Shown: piece after piece, positions 17,567 to 27,568 of the stretch
Layout: every line of letters starts with the position of its first letter
How positions within the stretch are numbered: position 1 is the first letter of the stretch
Source of the DNA: an uncultured Eubacteriales bacterium
GTDB lineage: Bacteria > Bacillota > Clostridia > Oscillospirales > Acutalibacteraceae
Length of the DNA: 38,978 bases
Reading direction: 5' to 3'
Assembly (NCBI GenBank): GCA_900320415.1
Contig: ONSE01000029.1
Coordinates: forward strand, 1-38,978
Program-made: the position numbers and the translations under genes
The notes under the pieces: generated by a model
What the model was told of the DNA's origin: nothing
What the model saw: the letters and a program-made list of their open reading frames with translations, nothing else
The model's database searches: none

Positions 17567-17595
17567 ATTATAATATATCTATCGCAAAAAATCAA
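17567..17595 (-). promoter_or_regulatory. SigA promoter for the PqqD-peptidase operon
   Basis: TTGATT-17 nt-TATAAT; the -35 lies in the distal arm of the groEL terminator. Confidence 0.6.
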
Positions 17596-17620
17596 GGGTA
17601 CCGCAACGGTACCCTTGATT
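17586..17620 (-). terminator. groEL terminator
   Basis: AATCAAGGGTACCG / CGGTACCCTTGATT perfect stem followed by a U-run on the minus strand. Confidence 0.9.
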
Positions 17621-17634
17621 GTCATTTTCGGGAA

Positions 17635-19263
<1,629 letters not shown>

Positions 19264-19283
19264 TCATTTACCTCCGTTGCTGA

Positions 19284-19601
<318 letters not shown>

Positions 19602-19628
19602 TTAGCACTCTCTGTTCCTGAGTGCTAA
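19602..19628. promoter_or_regulatory. CIRCE element (HrcA operator)
   Basis: Perfect TTAGCACTC-N9-GAGTGCTAA. Confidence 0.97.
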
Positions 19629-19632
19629 GTAT

Positions 19633-19660
19633 ATTTTACACCATTTTCAGGAAATGTCAA
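19633..19660 (-). promoter_or_regulatory. groESL SigA promoter
   Basis: TTGACA-16 nt-TAAAAT immediately upstream of CIRCE. Confidence 0.75.
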
Positions 19661-19667
19661 TGGGTAA

Positions 19668-19684
19668 ACTGACTTTTCTTGACT
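19668..19684 (-). promoter_or_regulatory. Putative CtsR box
   Basis: AGTCAAG-AAA-AGTCAGT versus consensus RGTCAAA-NAN-RGTCAAA, 7 nt upstream of the -35. Confidence 0.55.
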
Positions 19685-19746
19685 TTTCACATAATTTTCA
19701 GATTTCCCCGTCCTGTTATTCTATTCCCAAAACCGCGAAAATATGA

Positions 19747-19778
19747 AAGCGCTCCCGCCTTCTTTGCGGAAGCGCTTT
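19747..19778 (-). terminator. Terminator after the ior-paaK-ACT operon
   Basis: AAAGCGCTCCCGC / GCGGAAGCGCTTT stem about 20 nt past the ACT stop. Confidence 0.7.
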
Positions 19779-19797
19779 ACTGTATGGTATTTGATGA

Positions 19798-20226
19798 TCA
19801 GATATCCTTGATGTCGTCCTCGTTGAGGGTGGAAACACCCTTTTCCCTGAGAACGCACTCCGCTTTTTCAGCGTCGTCCACGCGGAGAACCACGTAGGCG
19901 CCGAAGTCCTCCGAAGCGGTGAAGGCGTAGATATACTCGAGGTTGATGCCCGCCTTGGCGAGTATGTCAAGAACATAGTAGAGTGAGCCGACTCTGTCCT
20001 CGAGCTTGGCGGCAACAACGACGGTGGTGTTGATGATGTTTTCCTTGCTCAGAACCTCGATCGTCTTGTCGGCGTCGGAGGTGATCAGGCGCAGGATGCC
20101 GAAATCCTTGGTGTCGGCAATGCTCAGCGCGCGGATATTCAGGTCAGCGTCGGCAATCGCCTTGGTGGTGGACACCAGGTTGCCCTGCTGGTTTTCGATA
20201 AATACGGAAATCTGCCGAATTGCCAT
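19798..20226 (-). CDS. Tandem ACT-domain amino-acid-binding protein
   Basis: QISVFIENQQG, NIRALSIADTKDFGILRLI, INLEYIYAF; usual partner of paaK-ior. Confidence 0.9.
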   Translation of the reverse strand: MAIRQISVFIENQQGNLVSTTKAIADADLNIRALSIADTKDFGILRLITSDADKTIEVLSKENIINTTVVVAAKLEDRVGSLYYVLDILAKAGINLEYIYAFTASEDFGAYVVLRVDDAEKAECVLREKGVSTLNEDDIKDI

Positions 20227-20253
20227 AATGTCTTTCCTTTCTCCGTTTTCGGA

Positions 20254-21561
20254 TTAATCGTGGAGCTTGCGTCTGTCAATGACGCGGACAGCCTTGCCCT
20301 CGCTGCGTGTGATGGTCTTGGGCGGAACAAGATGGACCTTCGGACCGATGCCGAGCATGGTGCGCATGGCCGCCTCGAGCTGCTTCTCCTTCGCCTGGTT
20401 CTCGGATACAATATCGGAGAACTTGTCGGGAGTCAGCTCCACGTTGATGTCAAAGGTATCGGTGTTATTCTTGCGGTCAACAATGATCTGGTAGTTGGGA
20501 GTGTAGCCCTTCTTGAGCAGCACTGCCTCGATCTGGCTCGGGAATACGTTGACGCCGCGGATGATCATCATGTCGTCGCTTCTGCCCATAGGCTTGCACA
20601 TCTTGACGTGTGTCCTGCCGCAGGAACACTTCTTGCGGGTCAGAACACAGATGTCGCGCGTTCTGTAGCGGAGAAGCGGGAAGGCTTCCTTGTCGAGCGA
20701 GGTGAACACCAGCTCGCCCTTGCTGCCCTCGGGAAGTACCTCTCCCGTGTCGGGATCGATGATCTCGGCATAGAAGTGATCCTCGTTGATGTGCATACCC
20801 GTCTGCTCCTCGCATTCAAAGGATACGCCGGGGCCGCTGATCTCCGTGAGGCCGTAGATGTCATACGCCTTGATGCCGAGCGATTTCTCGATGTTGCGGC
20901 GCATTTCCTCTGTCCACGGCTCCGCGCCGAAGATGCCTGCCTTGAGCTTGTTATCCTCGGGCTTGTAGCCCATTTCCGCGAGGGTCTCGCCGATGTACGC
21001 CGCGTAGGAAGGGGTGCAGCAGAGAATCGTCGCGCCTAAATCCATCATAAACTGGATCTGTCGCTCCGTGTTGCCCGACGACATGGGAAGGGTCAGGCAG
21101 CCGACCTTGTGGGAGCCGCCGTGAAGTCCCGCGCCGCCTGTGAACAGACCGTAGCCGTAGCTCACCTGGCAGACGTCGTTCTCATCACCGCCCGCCGCGA
21201 CGATCGCTCTGGCGGTGCATTCCTCCCACAGATCTACGTCGTTCTGCGTGTAGAACGCAACGACGCGCTTGCCTGTGGTGCCTGAGGTGGACTGGATCCT
21301 GACGCAGTTGTTCAGATCGGTCGCCAGAAGTCCGTAGGGATACGCCTCTCTGAGGTCCGCCTTGGTCAGGAACGGCAGTTTCCTGATGTCGTCCACGCCC
21401 TGAATGTCCTCGGGCTTGACGCCCTTCTCGTCCATCAGATTGCGGTAGTAGGGCACGTTCTCGTAAACGTGCTTGACCTGCTTCACGATTTTCTCATTCT
21501 GGATCTTCAGAATTTCCTCGCGGGAGGCAGTTTCAATTTCGGGCTGAAAATACTTGCCCAT
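20254..21561 (-). CDS. paaK: Phenylacetate-CoA ligase
   Basis: STSGTTGK, GYGLFTGG, GAEPW, DIYGLTE, RYRTRD, GRSDDM..RGVNVFPSQIE, GKAVRV. Confidence 0.93.
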   Translation of the reverse strand: MGKYFQPEIETASREEILKIQNEKIVKQVKHVYENVPYYRNLMDEKGVKPEDIQGVDDIRKLPFLTKADLREAYPYGLLATDLNNCVRIQSTSGTTGKRVVAFYTQNDVDLWEECTARAIVAAGGDENDVCQVSYGYGLFTGGAGLHGGSHKVGCLTLPMSSGNTERQIQFMMDLGATILCCTPSYAAYIGETLAEMGYKPEDNKLKAGIFGAEPWTEEMRRNIEKSLGIKAYDIYGLTEISGPGVSFECEEQTGMHINEDHFYAEIIDPDTGEVLPEGSKGELVFTSLDKEAFPLLRYRTRDICVLTRKKCSCGRTHVKMCKPMGRSDDMMIIRGVNVFPSQIEAVLLKKGYTPNYQIIVDRKNNTDTFDINVELTPDKFSDIVSENQAKEKQLEAAMRTMLGIGPKVHLVPPKTITRSEGKAVRVIDRRKLHD

Positions 21562-21605
21562 TGGGGGTCACTCCTTTGCTTTATTCCTCTATTACCCGCT
21601 ATATA

Positions 21606-22178
21606 TCAATAATTATGGCCTAATTCAAACGCCTTGAGGTTCACGTCCACAAACTGCGGCTTCACGGTGTTTTTGATCGCCTCGATCCATTTCTCTTTCT
21701 CAATAGGGAAATACTTGGCGAGTCTGCCCATGAGCACGATGTTGACGCTCTTGGCGTTGCCTGCCTGCTGCGCGAGAGCAAGCGCGTCAATCTCATCGAC
21801 GAACACGCCCTTGCCGCGCAGCTCATCGAGCACCTGCTCGGGATACTGCGCCGCGCCCGTGATAACGGGCATGGGGTCGATCATCTGGGAATTGACAATG
21901 ATTTTTCCGTCCTTTTTGAGATTCTCGGCGTAGCGCGCCGCCTCGATCTTCTCAAAAGAAACAATGAAGTCCGCCTCTCCCTTGGAGATGACGGGAGAAT
22001 AGACCGCGTCGCCGAAGCGCACATAGGTAACGACAGAACCGCCGCGCTGGCTCATGCCGTGAACCTCGCTGACCTTGACGTCATAGCCCTCCGCCACAAG
22101 GAGAGCGCCCAACAGCTTGCTGGCAAGGAGACTTCCCTGACCGCCTACGCCGACAATCATGACATTTTTGGTTTCCAT
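21606..22178 (-). CDS. iorB: Indolepyruvate:ferredoxin oxidoreductase beta subunit
   Basis: GVGGQG, SEVHGMSQRGGSV; SD AAAGGAG upstream. Confidence 0.93.
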   Translation of the reverse strand: METKNVMIVGVGGQGSLLASKLLGALLVAEGYDVKVSEVHGMSQRGGSVVTYVRFGDAVYSPVISKGEADFIVSFEKIEAARYAENLKKDGKIIVNSQMIDPMPVITGAAQYPEQVLDELRGKGVFVDEIDALALAQQAGNAKSVNIVLMGRLAKYFPIEKEKWIEAIKNTVKPQFVDVNLKAFELGHNY

Positions 22179-22179
22179 G

Positions 22180-23916
22180 TTATCTGTCTCCTTTCTCAAT
22201 CGCGCCGAGCTTGCAGAGCTGGGTGCAGACGTCGCAGCCCACGCACTGGGTGAAGTCGATGGTCGCTTTCTTGTCTTTGAAGCTGATGGCGGGACAGCCG
22301 AGCTTCATGCACTGACGGCAGCCCACGCACTTGTCCTTGTTGACGGTGACGGGGGATTTCGCCTTGACGTATTTCAGAAGCATACAGGGTCTGCGTGAGA
22401 TGATCACGCTGGGAGCGCCCACGCTCAGCTCCTCGAGAACCGCTTCCTCACATTCCTTGAGATTGTAGGGATCAACGACTCTGACTCTCTCGATGCCGAT
22501 GGAACGGCAGAGAGCCTCAAGGTCGACAGCAAGGGCGGGATCGCCCTTGATGGTGTAGCCCGTGGTGGGGTTCTGCTGGTGACCCGTCATACCCGTGATG
22601 GAATTGTCGAGAATGATCACGGTCGAGTTGGAACCGTTGTAGGCGATATTGACAAGGCCTGTCATGCCGGAATGCATGAAGGTGGAGTCGCCGATAACGC
22701 AGACGGTTTTCTTTTCGCTGTCAGCGCCGCCCGCCTTATTGAAGCCGTGCAGTCCCGATACGGACGCGCCCATGCAGAGGGTGGAATCCAGCGCGAAGAG
22801 GGGCGCCGCGGAGCCGAGGGTGTAGCAGCCGATATCACCGAGGCAGGTGATTTTATGCTTGGCGAGCGTATAGAACAGGCCGCGGTGCGGACAGCCCGCG
22901 CACATGACAGGAGGACGCACGGGAACCTGTGTGTCGAGCGTGACGTTCTCGGGCTGAGGAAGACCGAACGCCGCGCGGATAGTGGTCTGGTTGTATTCAC
23001 CGATAGGTGAGAACATTTCCTTGCCGACGCAGGGAACGCCGATGGCGTTGAGGTGAGACTCGATGATGCCGTCAAGCTCCTCGACGACATAGAGCTTCTC
23101 CACATTCGCGGCAAAGTCCTTGATGATCTGTGTGGGAAGAGGATTGACGATGCCGAGCTTCAGCACGGAAACCGTGCTGCCGAATACCTCCTTGACATAC
23201 TGGTAGCAGGTACCGGAGCAGATGATGCCGATCTCGGTGCCGCCGATCTCCACGCGGTTGAGAGGGCTTGTCTCGGCAAGCTCAGCGATCCTGCGTGTGC
23301 GCTCCTCCACAAAGGGATGACGGCGGATAGCGTTGGCAGGCGCCATAATGTATTTCTGAGGATTCTTCTCGTAGGCGGGAAGCTCCTTCTCCACCCTGTC
23401 CTCCAGCTCGACAGCCGCCTGGGAGTGCGCGATACGGGTACACATACGCACAATGACGGGAGTATCAAACTCCTCGGACATCTCAAAAGCCGCCTTGACA
23501 AACTGCTTCGCCTCCGCGGAGTCGGCGGGCTCGAGCATGGGAACCTTCGCCGCAATCGCGTAGTGGCGGGAATCCTGTTCGTTCTGTGAGGAATGCATGG
23601 CGGGATCGTCGGCGACAAAAATCACCATTCCGCCGTTGACGCCTGTGTAGGAAAGGGTGAAGAGCGGATCCGCAGCGACGTTGAGTCCGACGTGCTTCAT
23701 GGCGCAGGCGCTGCGGACACCGCGCAGGGACGCACCAAACGCGACCTCTGCGGCGACCTTCTCGTTGGGCGCCCATTCACAGTAGATTTCATCGTACTTC
23801 GCGGCAAATTCCGTAATTTCGGTGGAAGGCGTACCGGGGTAGCTGGACACTACCTTGACGCCCGCTTCATAGAGACCTCTCGCGACAGCCTCGTTGCCTA
23901 ACATTAGCTTTTTCAC
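22180..23916 (-). CDS. iorA: Indolepyruvate:ferredoxin oxidoreductase alpha subunit
   Basis: GNEAVARG, YPGTPSTE, MKHVGLNVAADP, CAGCPHR, TPP motif GDSTF.HSG, C-terminal 2x[4Fe-4S] motifs; GTG start. Confidence 0.95.
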   Translation of the reverse strand: MKKLMLGNEAVARGLYEAGVKVVSSYPGTPSTEITEFAAKYDEIYCEWAPNEKVAAEVAFGASLRGVRSACAMKHVGLNVAADPLFTLSYTGVNGGMVIFVADDPAMHSSQNEQDSRHYAIAAKVPMLEPADSAEAKQFVKAAFEMSEEFDTPVIVRMCTRIAHSQAAVELEDRVEKELPAYEKNPQKYIMAPANAIRRHPFVEERTRRIAELAETSPLNRVEIGGTEIGIICSGTCYQYVKEVFGSTVSVLKLGIVNPLPTQIIKDFAANVEKLYVVEELDGIIESHLNAIGVPCVGKEMFSPIGEYNQTTIRAAFGLPQPENVTLDTQVPVRPPVMCAGCPHRGLFYTLAKHKITCLGDIGCYTLGSAAPLFALDSTLCMGASVSGLHGFNKAGGADSEKKTVCVIGDSTFMHSGMTGLVNIAYNGSNSTVIILDNSITGMTGHQQNPTTGYTIKGDPALAVDLEALCRSIGIERVRVVDPYNLKECEEAVLEELSVGAPSVIISRRPCMLLKYVKAKSPVTVNKDKCVGCRQCMKLGCPAISFKDKKATIDFTQCVGCDVCTQLCKLGAIEKGDR

Positions 23917-23983
23917 TTATTTTTGTCCTCCAGTAACAGCAGCCGCGCAGGACACAGCCGCCGAAATTTCATAATCGTTTTTG

Positions 23984-24012
23984 ATTATATCACAACCTCA
24001 CAAAAATTACAA
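23984..24012 (-). promoter_or_regulatory. SigA promoter of the ior operon
   Basis: TTGTAA-17 nt-TATAAT with TGn extension. Confidence 0.65.
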
Positions 24013-24054
24013 GTATTGTCCTGTATTTTTGCACGCGGTCAATTTCCGTTTTTT

Positions 24055-27000
24055 CTACTTCACCACGACGTTTTTCTCTCCGAGCTGGTATTTCAGCTCG
24101 CGTATCATCACGTCGTTGAGACTCACCCACATATGCGAAGGCGCCTGCACCTGTTTTTTGATATCCGACAGATAGAATATCACGGGGGTTCTCCCGTCGA
24201 AGATATCCAGTACCCGCTTCGCTCTGCGGTAAAGCTCCGTGTTGAGATTGTCGATTTTTATGTAAAGCCTTTGCGGCCCTCGCCTCATTGCCGGAGGAGG
24301 AACAGCAGCAGCCTCCGTGACGTGCGGTACGCCTTGCTGCTCACACTCCTCATTTGTGCGCGCCAAATCAACCGTCTCGCAGATCATTTTGGGCTCCTCG
24401 TCTTCGCGGAAGCTGAGACTGCCCTTGACACAGACCACGTTGCTCTCGATCAGGTGGACGGCGCAGCGTTCAAAAACATTGGGGAACACAATCAGCTCCA
24501 TCGCGCCGAAGCGGTCCTCGACGGTGGCGAATGACATCATTTTGTTGGTCTTGGTAAGCTGCGTTTTCACCTTGGTGAGAATTCCCACCACGCAGACCTT
24601 TTGCCCGTCGCGGTAGCGGCGGTTCTCCTCGGAGATGATCTCGCCGATCCTGTCCGCCTTCAGCGCCTGCGCAAAGGTCTGATAATCATCCACAGGATGG
24701 CCGCTGAGGTACATACCGGCGATCTCGTTTTCCATGCGCAGCAGCTCATCCCGGGGAAACTCGGGCAGTTCGGGGATCTCGGGACCTGCGGAGGCTTTTT
24801 GGCTTTCCTCTCCCATATCAAAAAAGGACATCTGTCCGTTGAGATTGTGCTTTGCCTCATAATCAAGATCGTCGAGGACGCTTTTGCATACCGTCAGCAT
24901 CTGGCGGCGGTTCGCGCCCAGCCCGTCCAGCGCTCCGCATTTGATCAGGCTTTCAAGTGCGCGGCTGTTCATATTTCTGCCGTGCAGCCGCTTGCAGAAG
25001 TCGTAGAACGACTGATAGGGTACGTAACGGCGTTCCGTGATAATCTGGTCGATGAACTGTCTGCCGAGATTCTTGACGGCAAGCAGCCCGTAGCGGATAT
25101 CCCTGCCGCTGACCGCGAAGCCGAGCATACTGTAATTGACGTGCGGCGGCAGGACGCGGATGCCCATGCTCTTGCACTCGGCAGTGTAGCCCGCGAGCTT
25201 GTTCTGCTTGCTGAGCACCGAAGAAAGCAGGGCGGACATATATTCGCGCGGATAGTGGCATTTGAGCCACGCCGTGCGGTAAGAGACCATGGCGTAACAG
25301 GCGGCGTGAGATTTGTTGAAGGCGTATCGCGCGAAGCTCTCCATCTCGTCAAACAGAGCGACAGCCGTCCGGCGGTCCACACCGCGGCGCACGCAGCCCT
25401 CGGTGACGACGTTTCCGTTTTCGTCCGTTTCGCCGTTGATAAACACCTCGCGCTCGCGCTCCATGACCTCGGCCTTCTTTTTACTCATGGCGCGGCGGAC
25501 GATATCCGCTCTGCCGAGGCTGTAACCCGCGAGGGTAGTGAGTATCTGCATGACCTGCTCCTGATAGACGATACAGCCGTAGGTGACGCCGAGTATCTCT
25601 TTGAGCAGCGGATGCTTGTAGTGTACCTTCTGCGGATTATGGCGGCACTCAATGTAGGTGGGAATACTCGACATCGGGCCGGGACGGTAAAGCGACACAA
25701 CCGCGATCAGATCCTCAATACAGTCGGGCTTGAGCCGCGTCAGAACGTTTTTCATGCCCTGGCTTTCGAACTGGAACACGCCGTCGGTGCTGCCCCTTGA
25801 GAACAGCTCGAACACCTTGGGGTCGTCTATGCGGATCTCATCGGGATCGAACGAGGGGTCCCTGCGCCGGATCTGCGTTTCCGCGTCGTGGATGGTGGTG
25901 AGGTTGGTGAGAGCGAGAAAGTCCATCTTGAGGAGTCCCAGCTCCTCGAGCGTCGTCATGGTGAACTGCGCGATGACGCTGCCCTCGCTCTTGGAGAGCG
26001 GCACATAATCGGATACGGGGTTCTCGGTGATCACCACGCCCGCGGCGTGGATCCCCGACTGCCGCGGCATTCCCTCGATGCGGACGGCGTAATCTATCAG
26101 CTCACGGACGCGGCTGTCCTCCTGATTGCGGAGCTTTAAGTCCGCGCTGTGCTCCACGGCTGCCTGTATGGTGTCATTGTCGGGCATCAGCTTCGCGATG
26201 CGGTCTACCTCCGCATAGGGCATTCCGAGCACTCTGCCGACGTCCCTGACAGCGAGCTTCGCTCCCATCCTGCCGAAGGTGATGATTTGCGAAACGTGAT
26301 CCTCGCCGTATTTTCGTATCACGTAATCAATGACCTCTCCCCTTCTCTCGCTGCAGAAGTCGATATCGAAATCGGGCATACTGACACGCTCGGGATTGAG
26401 GAAACGCTCAAAGAGCAGGTTGTATTTGATGGGATCCACCGCCGTGATGCCGATGCAGTAGGCACAGAGCGAGCCCGCGCCCGAGCCTCTGCCGGGGCCG
26501 ACGGGGATGTCGTTTGACTTGGCGTACTGCACAAAGTCATTGACGATCAAGTAGTAATCGACAAAGCCCATATTCGAAATCACGCTGATTTCACGTTCCA
26601 GACGGTCAATCAGGCTTTGGTCGGGGTGGTCGCCGTAGTGCCTGTACAAGCCCTGATAGCAGTGACGGCGGAAGTATTCCAGATGATCCTCGTTTTTCGG
26701 GGTTTCAAAATGCGGCAGCTTGCGCACGCCGAACTCGAATTCCACCTGACAGCGCATGGCGATCTCGTGGGTGTTTTCAATCGCCTGCGGGTACCGCGAG
26801 AACAGCTCGTACATTTCCTCTTCGTCCTTGAGATAGAACTCATTGGTCTGAAACTCCATGCGGTCTGGGTCGTCGAGCGTGCGGTTGGTCTGGATGCAGA
26901 GGAGGATACTGTGGGTCTTGCTGTCCTCCTTCTCAATGTAATGGCTGTCGTTGGTCGCGACGATGCCGACGCCGATCTCCTCGGCAATGCGCACCAGATC

Positions 27001-27555
27001 GGGGATGATGCGCTGCTGCTCGGGTATTCCGTGATCCTGCAGCTCAATGTAAAAATGATCCGCGCCGAAGAGGTCACGGTAATATTCCGCCTTCTTCTTC
27101 GCGCCCTGATAATCGCCTGCCAGCAGTCTGTGCGGAATCTCACCCGCCAGACAGGCGGACAGGCAGATCAGTCCCTCGCGGTACTCCTCCAGCAGCTCGT
27201 CGTCGATGCGCGGCTTCGAGTAAAAGCCCTCTGTGAAGCCCTTCGAAACGAGCTTGATCAGATTTTGGTAGCCCGTGTTGTTCTCACAGAGAAGCACCAT
27301 ATGGTAGTATTTTTCCGAGGAGGTCTTGTCAAAGCGGGAATTCGGCGCGACATAGACCTCACAGCCGATGACGGGATGAATATTCTCCTTTTTGCAGGCG
27401 CGGTAAAAGTCTATCACGCCGTACATCACCCCATGGTCGGTGATGGCGAGAGAATCAAAGCCCTTGCGCTTTGCCGCCCCGGCGATCTCTGAAATACGGC
27501 ACGCGCCGTCGAGGAGGCTGTATTCGGTATGAACGTGTAGATGCGTGAATGACAT
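24055..27555 (-). CDS. dnaE: DNA polymerase III alpha subunit (DnaE type)
   Basis: PHP HLHVHTEYSLLDG, GPGRGSGAGS, FERFLNPERVSMPDFDIDF, KMDFL, YAFNKSH, OB fold; no intein-sized insertion. Confidence 0.97.
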   Translation of the reverse strand: MSFTHLHVHTEYSLLDGACRISEIAGAAKRKGFDSLAITDHGVMYGVIDFYRACKKENIHPVIGCEVYVAPNSRFDKTSSEKYYHMVLLCENNTGYQNLIKLVSKGFTEGFYSKPRIDDELLEEYREGLICLSACLAGEIPHRLLAGDYQGAKKKAEYYRDLFGADHFYIELQDHGIPEQQRIIPDLVRIAEEIGVGIVATNDSHYIEKEDSKTHSILLCIQTNRTLDDPDRMEFQTNEFYLKDEEEMYELFSRYPQAIENTHEIAMRCQVEFEFGVRKLPHFETPKNEDHLEYFRRHCYQGLYRHYGDHPDQSLIDRLEREISVISNMGFVDYYLIVNDFVQYAKSNDIPVGPGRGSGAGSLCAYCIGITAVDPIKYNLLFERFLNPERVSMPDFDIDFCSERRGEVIDYVIRKYGEDHVSQIITFGRMGAKLAVRDVGRVLGMPYAEVDRIAKLMPDNDTIQAAVEHSADLKLRNQEDSRVRELIDYAVRIEGMPRQSGIHAAGVVITENPVSDYVPLSKSEGSVIAQFTMTTLEELGLLKMDFLALTNLTTIHDAETQIRRRDPSFDPDEIRIDDPKVFELFSRGSTDGVFQFESQGMKNVLTRLKPDCIEDLIAVVSLYRPGPMSSIPTYIECRHNPQKVHYKHPLLKEILGVTYGCIVYQEQVMQILTTLAGYSLGRADIVRRAMSKKKAEVMEREREVFINGETDENGNVVTEGCVRRGVDRRTAVALFDEMESFARYAFNKSHAACYAMVSYRTAWLKCHYPREYMSALLSSVLSKQNKLAGYTAECKSMGIRVLPPHVNYSMLGFAVSGRDIRYGLLAVKNLGRQFIDQIITERRYVPYQSFYDFCKRLHGRNMNSRALESLIKCGALDGLGANRRQMLTVCKSVLDDLDYEAKHNLNGQMSFFDMGEESQKASAGPEIPELPEFPRDELLRMENEIAGMYLSGHPVDDYQTFAQALKADRIGEIISEENRRYRDGQKVCVVGILTKVKTQLTKTNKMMSFATVEDRFGAMELIVFPNVFERCAVHLIESNVVCVKGSLSFREDEEPKMICETVDLARTNEECEQQGVPHVTEAAAVPPPAMRRGPQRLYIKIDNLNTELYRRAKRVLDIFDGRTPVIFYLSDIKKQVQAPSHMWVSLNDVMIRELKYQLGEKNVVVK

Positions 27556-27568
27556 TTTTCATCACCTG

